NCBI GenBank assembly: GCA_965644295.1
Contig: CBFFRP010000281.1
Coordinates: 248,001 to 312,000 of the forward strand
Reading direction: 5' to 3'
Length of the DNA: 64,000 nt
Source: Paraphysomonas bandaiensis
Taxonomy: Eukaryota > Protista > Chrysophyceae
In this document: piece after piece, positions 1 to 12,891 of the stretch
Numbering within the stretch: position 1 is the first letter of the stretch
Layout: every line of letters starts with the position of its first letter
Translations under genes and position numbers: made by a program
Notes under the pieces: generated by a model
Seen by the model: only the letters and a program-made list of their open reading frames with translations
Databases searched by the model: none
What the model was told of the DNA's origin: nothing

Positions 1-801
1 TCATTACTGGCTTTAATCATCACGCGTGCACGATATAATAATAATAATATATAATATATAATATTATTTATATACATATTTATAAACAATAATGATTCTC
101 GTTAGATTCAAGCGAGGGCTGGGAAAATATAGCTAGATATATATATATGGTACTGTATTGATGGAATATATATTTTTCTACAAGAGTTTTGTTGGAAAAC
201 AGATTCTAATACCGTTGCAATACATAGTTCCCTTGCCCTAAAAAAAGTAGTGCACTAAAGTATTGTACGGTACAAGATCTATACACCCAAAAGTATGCAC
301 GTGAATAACCCTAATCAAATAGTAAAATAATAATAGCATTAGTAACTATTATATTATTTGTTAGATATTACATAATTAATATTGCTTGTGGTCCAGTGGG
401 TAGAACCGAATTTCTCAGTACCTCTTGAAGCGCGTTTTTGTGGCTGTGAAATGAAGATTCCCTTATCTGAGTGATGGCGTCATTTGTGCAGTCTAGGCAC
501 ATGTGCTTGAGTGAGTGTAGTCTAAATCCGCAGTCAGAACAGACGGCTTAGGTCAGGTCAAGTCCATGTTTAGTTTTAGCCCGGTTTCTTCCTATGCTGA
601 AGGATTTGTCCCATGTCAATGCTGCATTGAGCACTCGTTGGCGTAGGTGAGAGCTATCTTTGTCCTTTGATGAACCACCATCTGCTTGCGCCAGGTTGCG
701 CGGAATATATATAATAGATAATAGTCATAATACATCATAGTAACTAAATCGTAACTATATTCAGCGGTTACAACTATAGGTTGGCTTCATCTAATGCACA
801 C

Positions 802-890
802 CAGGGCTACGTAACAATTAATTGGCGCAGGTTGTAGCCAACTGAAATATTGCAATTATTACTCGCTGCCCCAATTTCAATTATTGCAAT
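802..890 (-). mobile_element. Terminal fragment of a hAT-type DNA transposon
   Basis: Starts CAGGGCTACGTAACAATTAATTG, a variant of the TIR of the element at 15646-16766. About 90 bp aligns with the reverse complement of the element end at 44095-44199. Confidence 0.7.
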
Positions 891-900
891 CTCAATAGTG

Positions 901-1326
901 AATGTCTTATTATTAGGAATATACGTGTAAGAGTCAGTGCCAAGCTCTGATATCCTACTATTTAACGCAACGAAAGCTGCTTGAATGTCACCGCAAATTC
1001 CAAGGTGCAACTACTTTCGCTCTATTACTCAAATCAAACGCAGTGAGCAAGAATATTGATATACCTGACATCTACTGACTTCAGGATTTTTGAGTCCTTA
1101 AAATGAACAGCCCGGATGCTTGACTTCAGTAGGCAGCCCAATCCCGGGTGCCCAGAGGTGGGTCCATTCCCGGGTGCCTGTTTGTTCGTCAGGGGGCCCA
1201 AAGACGTCTATACACAAGCATTTGGCTGTGAGTAGACAGAACAATATCTGCTGATTATTTCCCCAATATATATTGGGGAACTTATCCCCCAGAACACCAG
1301 GAAAAGGCGTGAGTCCGACTTTGTTA
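901..1326 (-). repeat. Dispersed ~430-bp repeat family R3, copy 1
   Basis: Aligns with 37081-37530 (opposite strand) and 42489-42916. Shared blocks: CTTATCCCCCAGAACA..GAAAAGG.G.GAGTCCGACTTTGTT, CCATTCCCGG.TGCC and GGCCCAAAG. Confidence 0.8.
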
Positions 1327-1875
1327 ATGGGAAATCTAATAATTGACAAGTAATTGCTACACAGACCTGGTGCATACTATTATCACTTTAATTGCACAAT
1401 ATATATAGCATAATACTGCAGAACTCGACACTTTCACATGTTCCTTATATAGTAAGATAATATATATTATATTATATATAGAATATAGAATGAGGCGGTT
1501 AAAATTTAAAAATATATATATGCGTGTCGTCGTTGTGCGTGTAACAAAACATGTAGTATTTAGTGATAGTACTGCTGGGCTCCAGCTACAGTAAAATTTT
1601 CTAATTTTGGCGTACCTACCCCCTTATGTCATAAACATAGAAATAAGCATTTTAATAGAAAGAAATAGAGTTTTTGTATTACAAGACGTATTGGCTCAGT
1701 ATAAAAAGCAAGTCAAGTGATAACGTAGGCATCCCACAGATTGCGTTTTTATAATGTGAAGTGTTAAAACTGGTTGGATCAATGATTATATTATTCAGAT
1801 ACTTACTCCCAATGAAGCTACATTACTTATTTGATAAATCCCGTTATAAATAACATTTTACTCTTACCACACCCA

Positions 1876-4251
1876 CTACTCGGAATCTATGATACCATTC
1901 AGTGTGGCACTTGGTCTCATAGCAGTTGATACCTTGTTGTGATCCATTTTGTAGTATCCCCCAATATCCACCGGCTTTCCTTGGCAGCCATTCAGTTCGG
2001 ATACTATGATAGATCGACTGTCTGACAGCTGTCGGTAAAGGCCTTGGAAAGAGGGATCGACCTCAGCCATGTATCGCGCCCAGTATAGAGTCAAGTAGAA
2101 AGTGCACCCACGATTGTCCAACTGGTTCACCTTTCGAGAGGGGCTCTTTCTGTTCTCAAGTAAGCGACCGATGGCTTTGTTGAGAGTATCGGAGAGTTGC
2201 TTTGCACGAGAATTTCCTGACGACTGCGCAAGATGATCGAGTGATGCTGCAATGGCCAAATATTCACCAAGTGAATCCCATCTCAAGTGCCCCTCCTCAA
2301 CGAACTGCTGGACATGCTTAGGTGCCGATCCACCGGCCCCTGTCTCGAAAAGGCCGCCTCCAGACAAAAGAGGAACAATTGAAAGCATTTTCGAACTGGT
2401 CCCGAGTTCCAGAATAGGAAACAAATCAGTCAGGTAGTCTCGTAGCACATTTCCCGTCGCAGATATAGTATTCAGTCCATTCGACGCCCGCTCGCAGGAT
2501 ATACGCATAGCCTCATACGGAGGTGCGATTCCAATATCCAAACCACTGGTATCGTGGTCGTTAAGATACTCATTCACCAAACCAATCAAGATAGAGTCAT
2601 GGGCGCGTGACTGATCCAACCAGAAGATTACTCGATCTCCAGTGGCTCGAGCACGAGACACAGCAAGTCGTACCCAATCACGTATGGCAACGTCCTTGGT
2701 CTGGCACGCACGGTAAATGTCTCCAGTGTGTACGGAGTGTTCACAGTATATCACACCAGTTTCTGAATCCACTATACGCACGACCCCGTCAGATGAAATT
2801 TCAAAGGTTTTATCGTGAGAACCATACTCCTACATTCATGAATTTCATTAGATGCGATGTAGATATATTATAACTTGTACACCTCTGCTTTGTTGGCCAT
2901 GAGGCCAACGTTAGAGACACTTCCCATTCGTGAAACGTCAAACTGCCCTCTTTCTTTACAAAAACTGTCAAACAAAAATTACACACGCTGCTACAAGCCA
3001 CAAAACTGTAACAATTTACCTTATTATCTCCTGGTACATTGTTGCGTAGCAGCGATCAGGGATCATACATATTGTTTCCTGGAGTTTGTCGTGTTTATTC
3101 CACATCTGACCACCATCTCGCACAACCACAGGCATTGAGGCATCAATAATAACGTCGCTTGGTACATGAAGATTAGTAATGCCTTTATCAGAGTTGACCA
3201 TCGCCAAGTCGGGCCTACATTCGTAGCACTGGTCGATGTCCCTCTCTATTTCTCTTCGCTTTTCGTCGGGTAGAGACTTAATTTTATCCAACATGTCTGC
3301 TACGCCATTGTTAGGGTTTATTCCAATAGATGAGAAGACATCAACGTGTTTATCGAAAACTGGTTTAAAGAACTCTCTGACGCAGTGTCCAAAAATGATT
3401 GGGTCCGACACCTTCATCATTGTTGCCTTAAGGTGTAGCGATAATAGCATGCCTTCCTCCTTAGCGCGGTTGATTTCGTTCGCGAAAAATGCTTTCAACG
3501 CCTGAACTTGCATAGTGGAGGCATCTAAAACTTCTCCTGCTTGGACTGGAACCGATTGCCGAAGTACAGTGATCGAGCCGGATTCATCAACATGCTCGAT
3601 TCGAACATTACAAGCCTCCGTCATTCGCACTGATCTCTCAGAACTATAGAAATCACCCTCCGTCATATGTGCAACTCTAGCACGACAATCAGGTGACCAA
3701 CTCATCATCTTATGAGGATTTCGTTGAGCATATTCCTTTACAGGCGCAGCAACACGACGATCTGAATTTCCTTGTCGAAGTACTGGATTTACTGCACTAC
3801 CAAGTACTTCAGCATAACGTGCTTTAATTAATTTCTCTTCATCATTCATTGGATTCTGTGGATATAATGGTATATCATATCCTTTTTCACGTAATTCATA
3901 TATAGCTGATATTAATTGTGGTATAGATGCACTTATATTTGGTAATTTAATGATATTAGTGCCTGCTTGGCGTGTTAATTCCCCTAATTGAGATAATGCA
4001 TCCACTTGACGTTGTTTTTCTGTTAAATTCTCTGGAAAATGTGCTATAATTCGACCTGAAAGGGATATATCACTGATTTTTATATGAATATTAGCCATAT
4101 TAGTAAATTTTTTAATAATAGGTAATAAAGCATATGTAGCTAATGCAGGTGCTTCATCTGTTTCCGTGTATATGATACATGAGGAGGAGATAGAGGAAGA
4201 GGTAGAGGTGGAGGAGGTAGAGGTAGATGAATGAGTATGATGTTGATTCAT
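1876..4251 (-). CDS. icd: Monomeric NADP-dependent isocitrate dehydrogenase, 3 exons (4251-3020, 2964-2883, 2829-1876)
   Basis: Motifs [62 protein letters not shown] and [16 protein letters not shown]. Splicing out GT-AG introns 3019-2965 and 2882-2830 restores the conserved [23 protein letters not shown] in frame. Confidence 0.96.
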
Positions 4252-4549
4252 TAGGAATGATTTGATGTTTGATAATAGTATGTATAGTTATATAAGTGAA
4301 TATGTTCTTAAGACTATGAATGTGTATGTATATATGGATCAACTCCTCTGCTTATGTATGTATATATACATATGTATACAGCTCAAGCATCCGAATATCA
4401 TACATACACACATACATACATATGACTGACATTCTACAGGCGTATCTTTTCGATCTTTTGGATACACTATGACAGAAAGATACTAAAAAATCCAGGCTTT
4501 TTTGACACATGCTGTTTTTTGATGACCAATATACAGACATATTCTCACA

Positions 4550-4559
4550 TACAGCAGTA
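4550..4559. promoter_or_regulatory. Recurrent upstream motif TACAGCAGTA/TACTGCTGTA (representative copy)
   Basis: Exact copies also at 17522, 17553, 21193, 26918, 32685, 38215 and 61015, all intergenic. Confidence 0.5.
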
Positions 4560-4695
4560 TATTACTGTACTGGTATATATACAGTAGAATACTATACAAC
4601 AGAATTACCTATCAAATCTACCGGTATGTACGTATCCATATGCCTATCCGTGTTGTACGTACACCGTTGAGGGTATGTATGGGGAGCCATTCATT

Positions 4696-6634
4696 ATGTT
4701 TGCATCTAGAGTTGTTTGCAGATATATGCATGCATATTATAATCTACTTGCAATCAGTGTATGCTTTGTAATACGCTGACTTGCACTATACTCTCATGAT
4801 TGTGTGGAATAGATAGAAGCGACAGTTAAAGATAGCACTGTTCAAATCTCTCCCCACTAAGATCGGGGCGACCCTTGTGGTTTCCTCGGTGGTCTCTAGT
4901 TGGTGGTATAGACCAGTAAGGGATACAAAAGACGGACGTGGTCCTTGTCGAATTGGTTGGATAAGCTCCTATGACTATCAAGACGTATGTTGATATATGT
5001 GTGTATTGTATATGGTTCTTATATCAACACAGGAGTCGTGTCGACCTCTTCCACTACCAGTCAAATTGGCATCAAGTGTGATTACTTTTCTCACAGTGTC
5101 TGCTTCATGCGCATTTTTATATTTGGGTGGATCTTATCGAATCATTGAAGATAAACACTACCATGACTTTCTTCATCATGTTCGGTATCGAGACAGTAAT
5201 GTTCCGTTGATCACAGTCTCCAATCATCGCTCCCTACTGGACGACCCCCTTGTCCTGTCTGCTCTGCTACCGGTAAGGCACTGAACCGTATAGCTGTTCA
5301 AACTATCTTATCTTTTATGTGCTGTAGTTTTGGATGAATTGTCAGCCACGTTATCTGCGGTGGGGTGCATGTGCTCAGGAGATCTGCTTCAAGGTACATT
5401 GCACATGTATATGATTTCACCACAAACCTGCACGCTGTCCCAGCTAATCGTTAGGGTAACCTATGCCTATATGGTTCGTTCAATGGCAGCAACATTAATT
5501 CATTTTCCAGTATTGAGGGCTTCATCACTCTCTATTTCATATGGGCTTGCTAGTCATTGTGCAAAATGCATATATGTCGCCTGTGTGAATCCTGGTTCAT
5601 GACACATTCACATTTCATACAATAACTCACAAAACAACACCCATATATATTCATCATTATTATAGTCGTTGACATTACTCATTACTATCGCACAGGAGGA
5701 ACATCTTTTGGCGACCTTCTTTGGTGTGGGCAAATCACTCCCTATGTGGCGTGGTGGTGGTATTGATCAGCCACTACTGCTACAGTTGGCCAGGAAGGCA
5801 GTTGGTTGTCCGGAAACTCATACCAGAGCTGATTGGCTGCATGTGTATCCTGAGGCTGGGGTATTTCAGCACAAGAATTCTTTAGGTGGTCGACGGAATG
5901 GTAAACAGTTTGAAATCGGGAAATTCAAGTGGGGAGTTGGCAAACTTATTGCACATAATCCGAGTAATAAGATGCGGCATGTAGTAAAAAATGAAGAGCA
6001 TAATGAAAATACGAGTAGTGTAGATGTCACTGACCAGTGGGATGAAGAAAAGTGGGCAACTAGTCGTCTAGCGTCATCATCAAGTGAGTACGATAGCAGC
6101 GCAGTAAGGAAACCATCGAGAGGTCCGGTGGTAATTCCTTTTTACTTTGTCGGTACTGAGAGCATCACCCCACTTCACCCAGTCACTCGGCTCTTGAAAT
6201 CTGTTATACCTAACTGGGGACACAAAGTGGTGGTTCGATTTGGACCTGCGATTGAAGTGGGTGATTTGATTGATGAATTTGAGGAAGAGGATAAGGCTGC
6301 TGGAGGGGGCGGACTTAGGGTTTATCACTGTTGTGGAGATCCAAACGCTCATTCGTCCAGTTCAAGAAGTAGTCGATGTGATTTTAGATCGTTGGTCAAT
6401 TCAGTCGATAATATGTTTAGTGGATTTTTCCGGAATAGCTCCTCAATTGATAGTGGTGATGTGATGGAATCCCCGGATAATAGTGAGAGCTCCTCTCAAA
6501 TAGACGAATCTTTATTAATGTATGATAGTGATACGTGGAAATCGACAAATCGTGAACGAATGTTGTATCATAAAATTACCTCTAGAATAGAGAAGTCTTT
6601 GCAGCGATTGTGTGATCAATGTGCAGCTGACTGA
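4696..6634 (+). CDS. TAZ: Tafazzin-family phospholipid acyltransferase (multi-exon; 5' exons approximate)
   Basis: LITVSNHRSLLDDP (HxxxxD motif), RWGACAQEICF, WLHVYPEAGV and KFKWGVGKLI. Exons are joined by GT-AG introns. The start at 4696 is inferred. Confidence 0.88.
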
Positions 6635-7847
6635 TAGAGTAATTACAACAATAAGTTATTTTTAATAATGAAGTTGGATTGTAGTGTATTAAATGAAGTG
6701 TGTAAAGTGAGGCCACATATAACTAACTTCAAAGCTGTAGTTAATAGTCAGAATTCGTAGTACCCGATTTTTTTCAGGAGGACTTATAAATTATCTTGTC
6801 TAGATAACTGAAAGCAGCCAATTATTAGCAAAAGAGCTTAGTCATAAATTGTGCACTGGATCTATTATTGAGCCTTGTCTATTTGGTGTCATTTCCTAGT
6901 CACACCAAACCTAGTGTAAATACGTAGAAACCTAGTTACGGGGTTAAAAATATGTAATTAAAAAATTCATATTTTCAGTTTACAATGACTGGGATGACTA
7001 GGTGTTTATGTTTTTTCCTAGCCCTCAAATAAAGAATGCAGATATTGAATTATGTATTACTTTGAGTTAGGTTTTGTACCAAAGTTCGTGTGATAAGGTC
7101 ATTCAACCACTTTGACTAGCAGGTTCGATTGCGCACACATATAACTACGCATTACAGAACAGCGATATCATAGAAGTAAGATTGCATGCCCAGCATAGAC
7201 CTCGTATCAAGTATTTAGAGAAGAGTGAAACGAATTGTATTAGTAGACCCGTGATATGAATATATATACTAGCATGTTGCAACAGCTGTTATAACGGAAT
7301 CGTCAGCCATTCTGCGTTGAACGACTAAGGTATTTACCAAACGATGCAGTTGCTAATGGTGAGTGGAAACCCTGAGTTCTCTGGACCCATCCAACTACAC
7401 ATACATCATCAATATCATAAAATGTCTTCATAAACGATTCGATATATACCTTAATACAATCCTCGGACCGGTAATACAACGATCGGTAATATTCTAGCAC
7501 GCAGCTACGACTGAGACCATACACATTGCACTTAAGGACTCAAAACAAACCGTGATCTCTAAACTGTTCATATAGTTGTAGTTTGTAATGCATTTCCCAC
7601 AAAATTAAACACGTTACAAGGCTGCAATTCACTCACCATGACGTCTACCTATAGCAGATCCTCAGTGTCACTGATAGAGTACATCACACCCTTATATGCC
7701 TATATATTCTAATATTTAACTTGTTATACTTGATGAATGCATTGATTACATCATAGCTAGGACTTTTATCATGTTATCTCTCCTCGTATCTTAGCTACAT
7801 AGTACTTTAAGAGGATATGTATGGTATTGTACAATGTACTGCAGCCG

Positions 7848-7995
7848 TATCGGCAGTCAGCATCTTAATTTTTCGGGAATATATTGAAGCAAATATATTC
7901 TATAATACTGATATACAAGTACGGCTAATATTCAGATAATTGTTGTCTCAATAATAGAGGCATCTTTGAACAAAAATATACAAAGGATGCCGATA
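7848..7995 (+). mobile_element. MITE family M1, full copy (TA-flanked, short TIR)
   Basis: Begins TATCGGCA and ends TGCCGATA. The internal sequence recurs six times in the window. Confidence 0.8.
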
Positions 7996-8410
7996 GGGCT
8001 ACGCACAAAGAGAGGTGCAAGAAAAAGGCCACATTTTCTCTTAAAATAATCTTAAAAATGATGAATTTTGATGCTGAAAATTATGTATTTTTTGCTGTGG
8101 GGCATATTTTATGTATACTCTTTTGTACAGCATACAGTAGTGTACATGTACTGTACACTATGACTGGTGTTAATTTTTGAAGAAATCCATTGAAATATCT
8201 AAAAAAAGTCGGATTTTAGTATAAAAATCTTAATTTTTTAGGGAAAGTCATCATTTTGAAAACCATTCCACATTCTTAGGTATATTTGCGTGGAGCCGAC
8301 AGAGTAGAGCTGGAACCATCATGCATATCCACAACATATACACTCTACATATCTATCTATACATTAAACTCTTATATCATATACAAATTAAGTAATATGA
8401 ACAGCATACT

Positions 8411-10072
8411 ATGAATGAGATTAATTGGATTCCCCGAAATATTGAACCTACTATAGCGAAATGGATGATAACACCATGTAGTATTGTTCTAATTAGAGGA
8501 CATCGACGTATGGGTAAATCATCTACAGTACAAAGAGTTGCTAATGAATTAGATATTAAACCATTAACTATCATCATTGATAGTAATGAAGATAAGATGT
8601 TATCATATTTTACTACTGTATTAAAACAATATTATAAAATTTCTTCAGTTTATGATATTGGGAAAGCAATTGTCGAAACTGTCCGAAATGGTGTTGTAGT
8701 TATACTTAAAGAGATTCAAAATGCATCAACTAGTTTACAAGTGTCTTTACAGTTTGGTTTTGATTACATGGCACAACAATCTATGTGGGATGCTCATCAT
8801 TGGAGGGAGAGTGGTATGGTGTTTTTGATGGGATCGGTGCAAGGTGAAATCGATGACATGATCGAAAATCGAAAGTCTCCTCTATATCAAAGAATAACCG
8901 CGAAAATTACGCTTCTGGGTTGCAATACGTCTGAAATGGTGTATTTTTTTAAGCAACACAACCTATTTGGAGATCCCATGCTAATGCTTTTTCTACAGAC
9001 TATTTTCAGAGGACGATTACACTCTTATTCAATAATACACAAAGCAGGTCTCTTAAAGTCAACAGATCGTCCTTATGACCAGCGTGCTAAGATTATCAAA
9101 GAAGTATTCGCGTCGGAGTTACAGTCTGAATATTTTGATGGGCATAAATTTTTTGTTGCACGGTATGGAAAGAAAATTGCTTTGGCTTTGAAAGCGATTT
9201 GCCAATCCGAAACCAAACTGGAACAAATCGAGGCAGTTAGTCGTGAACTTAGTATCACTTTTGACGAAGCTTTTACCATGGTTGATTGGGTTCTATTTAA
9301 ACGCTACATTTTAATTGCACCCGTATATGCAATCAATAATTTGAAATCGGTAAAGAAATACGTACTTCTTGATCCAATGCTGGCCATTGCTAATGATAAT
9401 ATGAACTCTGACTACATGAGAGAAGATATTAATCGATGTGCTGACCTCTCATTCCATAATTATATTGAGCAATTTGAAGGTTTTCATTTCGAAAGTTGGG
9501 TCGAAACAATCATTGAAGACAGATACTTGCTTGCGAATTCCATACCGATCCCGAGGGTATTTGATGCCCCTGAATTGTGCAAGCGTCTTCCTAAAGTTTC
9601 GTTTGATATAGCTGGAAAAAGCATTGAGATTGATGTCATTTTAGGATTTCCGCATTCCAATACGATTGTGCTGGGTTCATGTAAGCGATCATCCAAGGCT
9701 ACGGACGTATGCGGCTTAAGACGCCATTGGTCAGAACTGAAGAATAGCGAATGCATAACAGGAATTCTAAAATGCCTCAGCTTAAAAGCGGATAAATTAC
9801 GTGAGTGTTTAGTACATTTCAACACAGATACTGCAGACGAACGTTTCCATCAGCAGCTGCGCGACAACGAATTCATTGTAACACTCACAGAGTTACTGGA
9901 TATATTTCCGATTAAGATGTCCAACTATAGCGAAACGTATACGAAACCTGTTTCGACAAGATTAATTTCCAATACAACATTAAAGAAACCTTCAAGTTGG
10001 CAAAAGTTAATGTGTAATGTGTTAGTTTTCTCTGTAAGTGTATTTTACTTGACTAGCGTCATCATCAAGTGA
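8411..10072 (+). CDS. Prokaryote-type P-loop ATPase (ATPase_2/DUF234-like) with C-terminal PD-(D/E)xK nuclease-like domain and hydrophobic tail
   Basis: Intronless 553-aa ORF. Walker A GHRRMGKS, degenerate Walker B VVVILKEIQN, LMGS and SPLYQR. C-terminal GFHFE...EIDVIL...LGSCKRS. The last ~20 aa are hydrophobic. Confidence 0.8.
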   Translation: MNEINWIPRNIEPTIAKWMITPCSIVLIRGHRRMGKSSTVQRVANELDIKPLTIIIDSNEDKMLSYFTTVLKQYYKISSVYDIGKAIVETVRNGVVVILKEIQNASTSLQVSLQFGFDYMAQQSMWDAHHWRESGMVFLMGSVQGEIDDMIENRKSPLYQRITAKITLLGCNTSEMVYFFKQHNLFGDPMLMLFLQTIFRGRLHSYSIIHKAGLLKSTDRPYDQRAKIIKEVFASELQSEYFDGHKFFVARYGKKIALALKAICQSETKLEQIEAVSRELSITFDEAFTMVDWVLFKRYILIAPVYAINNLKSVKKYVLLDPMLAIANDNMNSDYMREDINRCADLSFHNYIEQFEGFHFESWVETIIEDRYLLANSIPIPRVFDAPELCKRLPKVSFDIAGKSIEIDVILGFPHSNTIVLGSCKRSSKATDVCGLRRHWSELKNSECITGILKCLSLKADKLRECLVHFNTDTADERFHQQLRDNEFIVTLTELLDIFPIKMSNYSETYTKPVSTRLISNTTLKKPSSWQKLMCNVLVFSVSVFYLTSVIIK

Positions 10073-10830
10073 GTACGATAGAAGCCCGGTGGTAATTCCT
10101 TTTCACTTTGTCGGTACATCACCCCACTTCACCCAGTCACTTGGCTCTTGAAATCTGTTATACTTAACTGACACAAAGTGGTGGTTCGATTTGGACCTGC
10201 GATTAAAGTGGGTGATTTGATTGATGAATTTGAGGAAGAGGATAAGGCTGCTGGAGGGGGCGGACTTAGGGTTTATCACTGTTGTGGAGATCCAAACGCT
10301 CATTCGTCCAGTTCAAAAAGTAGTCGATGTGATTTTGGATTTATTTAGTGGATTTTTCCGGAATAGCTCCTCAATTGATAGTGGAGATGTGATGGAATCC
10401 CCGGATAATAGTGAGAGCTCCTCTCAAATAGACGAATCTTTATTAATGTATGATATAGTGATACGTGGAAATCGACAAATCGTGAACAAAGTTACCTCTA
10501 GACGAGAGAAGTCTTTGCAGCGATTGTGTGATCAATGTGCAGCTGACTGATAGAGTAATTACAACAATAAGTTATTTTTAATAATGAAGTTGGATTGTAG
10601 TGTATTAAATGAAGTGTGTAAAGTGAGGCCACATATAACTAACTTCAAAGCTGTAGTCAATAGTCAGTATTCATAATACCCGAATTTTTTCAGGAGGACT
10701 TAAAATTATCTAGTTTAGACGTTAGATAACTGAAAGCAGCCAATTATTAGCAAAGAGCTTAGTCATAAATAATGCACTGGATCTATTATTGGACCAAGTC
10801 AATTTCGTGTCATTTCCTAGTCACACCAAA
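10053..10830 (+). pseudogene. Duplicated, frameshifted 3' fragment of tafazzin plus its downstream flank
   Basis: Direct repeat of about 6068-6909 with several small deletions and frameshifts. Confidence 0.93.
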
Positions 10831-10870
10831 AGAATAGTGCTTAATAACTCTAATGACTAGGGTTTTTAAA

Positions 10871-10993
10871 CCTAATACAACATTAGAGAAATATTCAGGC
10901 TGGCAAAAGTTGATGTTGTACAATGTGTTAGTTTTCTGTCTTTATAGTGTAATTTGGTTGACTGTAAGAAGAGATTTGCAGGGTAATTTGTAA
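10871..10993 (+). pseudogene. Orphan 3' end of a second ATPase-nuclease copy
   Basis: Diverged copy of 9968-10054. Reads PNTTLEKYSGWQKLMLYNVLVFCLYSVIWLTVRRDLQGNL* versus SNTTLKKPSSWQKLMCNVLVFSVSVFYLT in the intact gene. Confidence 0.8.
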
Positions 10994-11410
10994 TAAGCTG
11001 CCTTTCCATCGGGTACAAAGCTGGTGTACCCTCACAAGTATGAGATAACTTTGTACCAACTTTTAATAATGCGAAACACGAACACACAATGTCAAATGTT
11101 AGAATTGGACATTGCACTCATCTTACAGCAATACACAATATCACACACTCTCTCATACACACAACGTACCGGCTTATTTGATGCAAGAGCTGACCAAACT
11201 AGGCTGGCATATACACATGGTGTTGAGATTAGCTGTATTTTTAGATTTTTGAATATTGGATGTTGCTCGAAGAATATGTATTGCATGTTTAACGATGCCC
11301 AAGTCCCACAACTTGGCCACTGTGTAGGCTCGCTGAGACATCACATAATTACACCAAGATTTTGCGCTCATAAACCATCTTGGCTGACAAAATAGATTGC
11401 CTTTTATATT

Positions 11411-11460
11411 GGTACAGGTTTCTAACGCCTACTGCTAAATAAAAAGACGTTTAATATAGC
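11411..11460 (+). repeat. R3 terminal motif only
   Basis: GGTACAGGTTTCTAACGCCTACTGCTAAATAAAAAGACGTTTAATATAGC matches the reverse complement of 42489-42538. Confidence 0.65.
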
Positions 11461-12891
11461 CACACACCCTACTGCCCTATGCATGTTCTCTTCACAAAGA
11501 GTACACGTGATTTCTCATAACTATAATTAATGAATGTAATTAAGTAAGACCATACCCTAACAAAACTACGCGGAGCTTCTGGTAATCATACATGACTCAG
11601 TATAAGCGTAGCATGGAAAACACCCAAAGAACATGCAGAAATTTTAATAAAGTTCTAGCATTGCTTAGCTTAATCAACACTAGCACTACATTATGGAATA
11701 CCCTCAGAATGGGTCAAATATGTTTCAAGAAATTGACTCAAAGCATTAACCACTTCACTTTGATCGTGATCAGCATGGCTGCCACAATTTTAGTAAAACG
11801 AAAGTTTGCTGGATTTCTTTGGAAATGGGCATACACGTCACACTCGAATAAACAAACCTACTTTCCTGAAATTGTTCAAAGAAGCGACAGAGGGAACAGA
11901 AGCGAGCGAGAAGCTCATCATTTTAATGAATTTGTCAACTACTACCAAGTAAGTATTACTTAAGGATATCCTGGGAATGATTTTCATCTAGTTCTATTTA
12001 TTGTGGAATGTGTTACTATCTGAGGGAGTGAGGTACTGAAGGCGCGTGACCACAGAATAGAACTAATTCGTTTGAATTTTCCAATATGTAAAAAAGTCTT
12101 GTGTTATTCTATTCAAGCCATTTGGACCTTTCGTTTCGTTAATAAGAATCGCTACTTTACTTTAAACTTGTGCACTTTTACTGTATGATTATTATATGTG
12201 AAATTGAAGCGAACATATAGTGTGAAATAGGAGACACCAACTAATAGTAAACACATGAACTTAGTTAAATCGTTTACGAGTGTATGTCTAAATACGATAC
12301 TTATGGATGTGGAATTGACAAATGAATATATATGAGACACTGCGTCACAAGCGTCCATAACTCCATTTCCACTTCTAACTCCACCCAGTTCCCCCTATGC
12401 GGTACTTCGCTACACAGCCCCACTTGGGGATTGGACTGCCAGAGCTTTTGACTCATTATCCCTCCAATGATATAGCTTCGTTTCAGTCCATAGATATTGA
12501 CATTCTTTTTTCTTTCTTCTTCGTCATCTCTGGCCCCTCCTGCCATTATCTCATCTCACCATACTCGCTCTTCGAATCTCTCTCTTCTCCCGTATCTGTT
12601 CCTTATATCAAGATATAACCGTAATCTCCAACCATAATAAAGAAAATCTCATTGTGATTCTGTAATTTTCATCTTTTTGGGTGTTTGATTTTATAGTTTA
12701 GAAGTATTTCAGTGTTTGTCTCCGTTACAAACATGAGTTCGTCGTCAGTCATTATATAGCTGATGAACAAGTTATCTATACTGATATGCCATAAGATGAT
12801 GATATCTTATAGTATTATCTACACTTTCATATAGACAATACAAACACTGTGATGTGACTATGACTAAGCTGGGGATATGATATGGTCATAC

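Noticed and set aside
383-460. TGGTCCAGTGG as a tRNA A-box
   Set aside because: No B-box/T-arm and no cloverleaf.
11592-12620. Short ORFs between the duplication and the HD-like gene
   Set aside because: No recognisable motifs or consistent exon structure.
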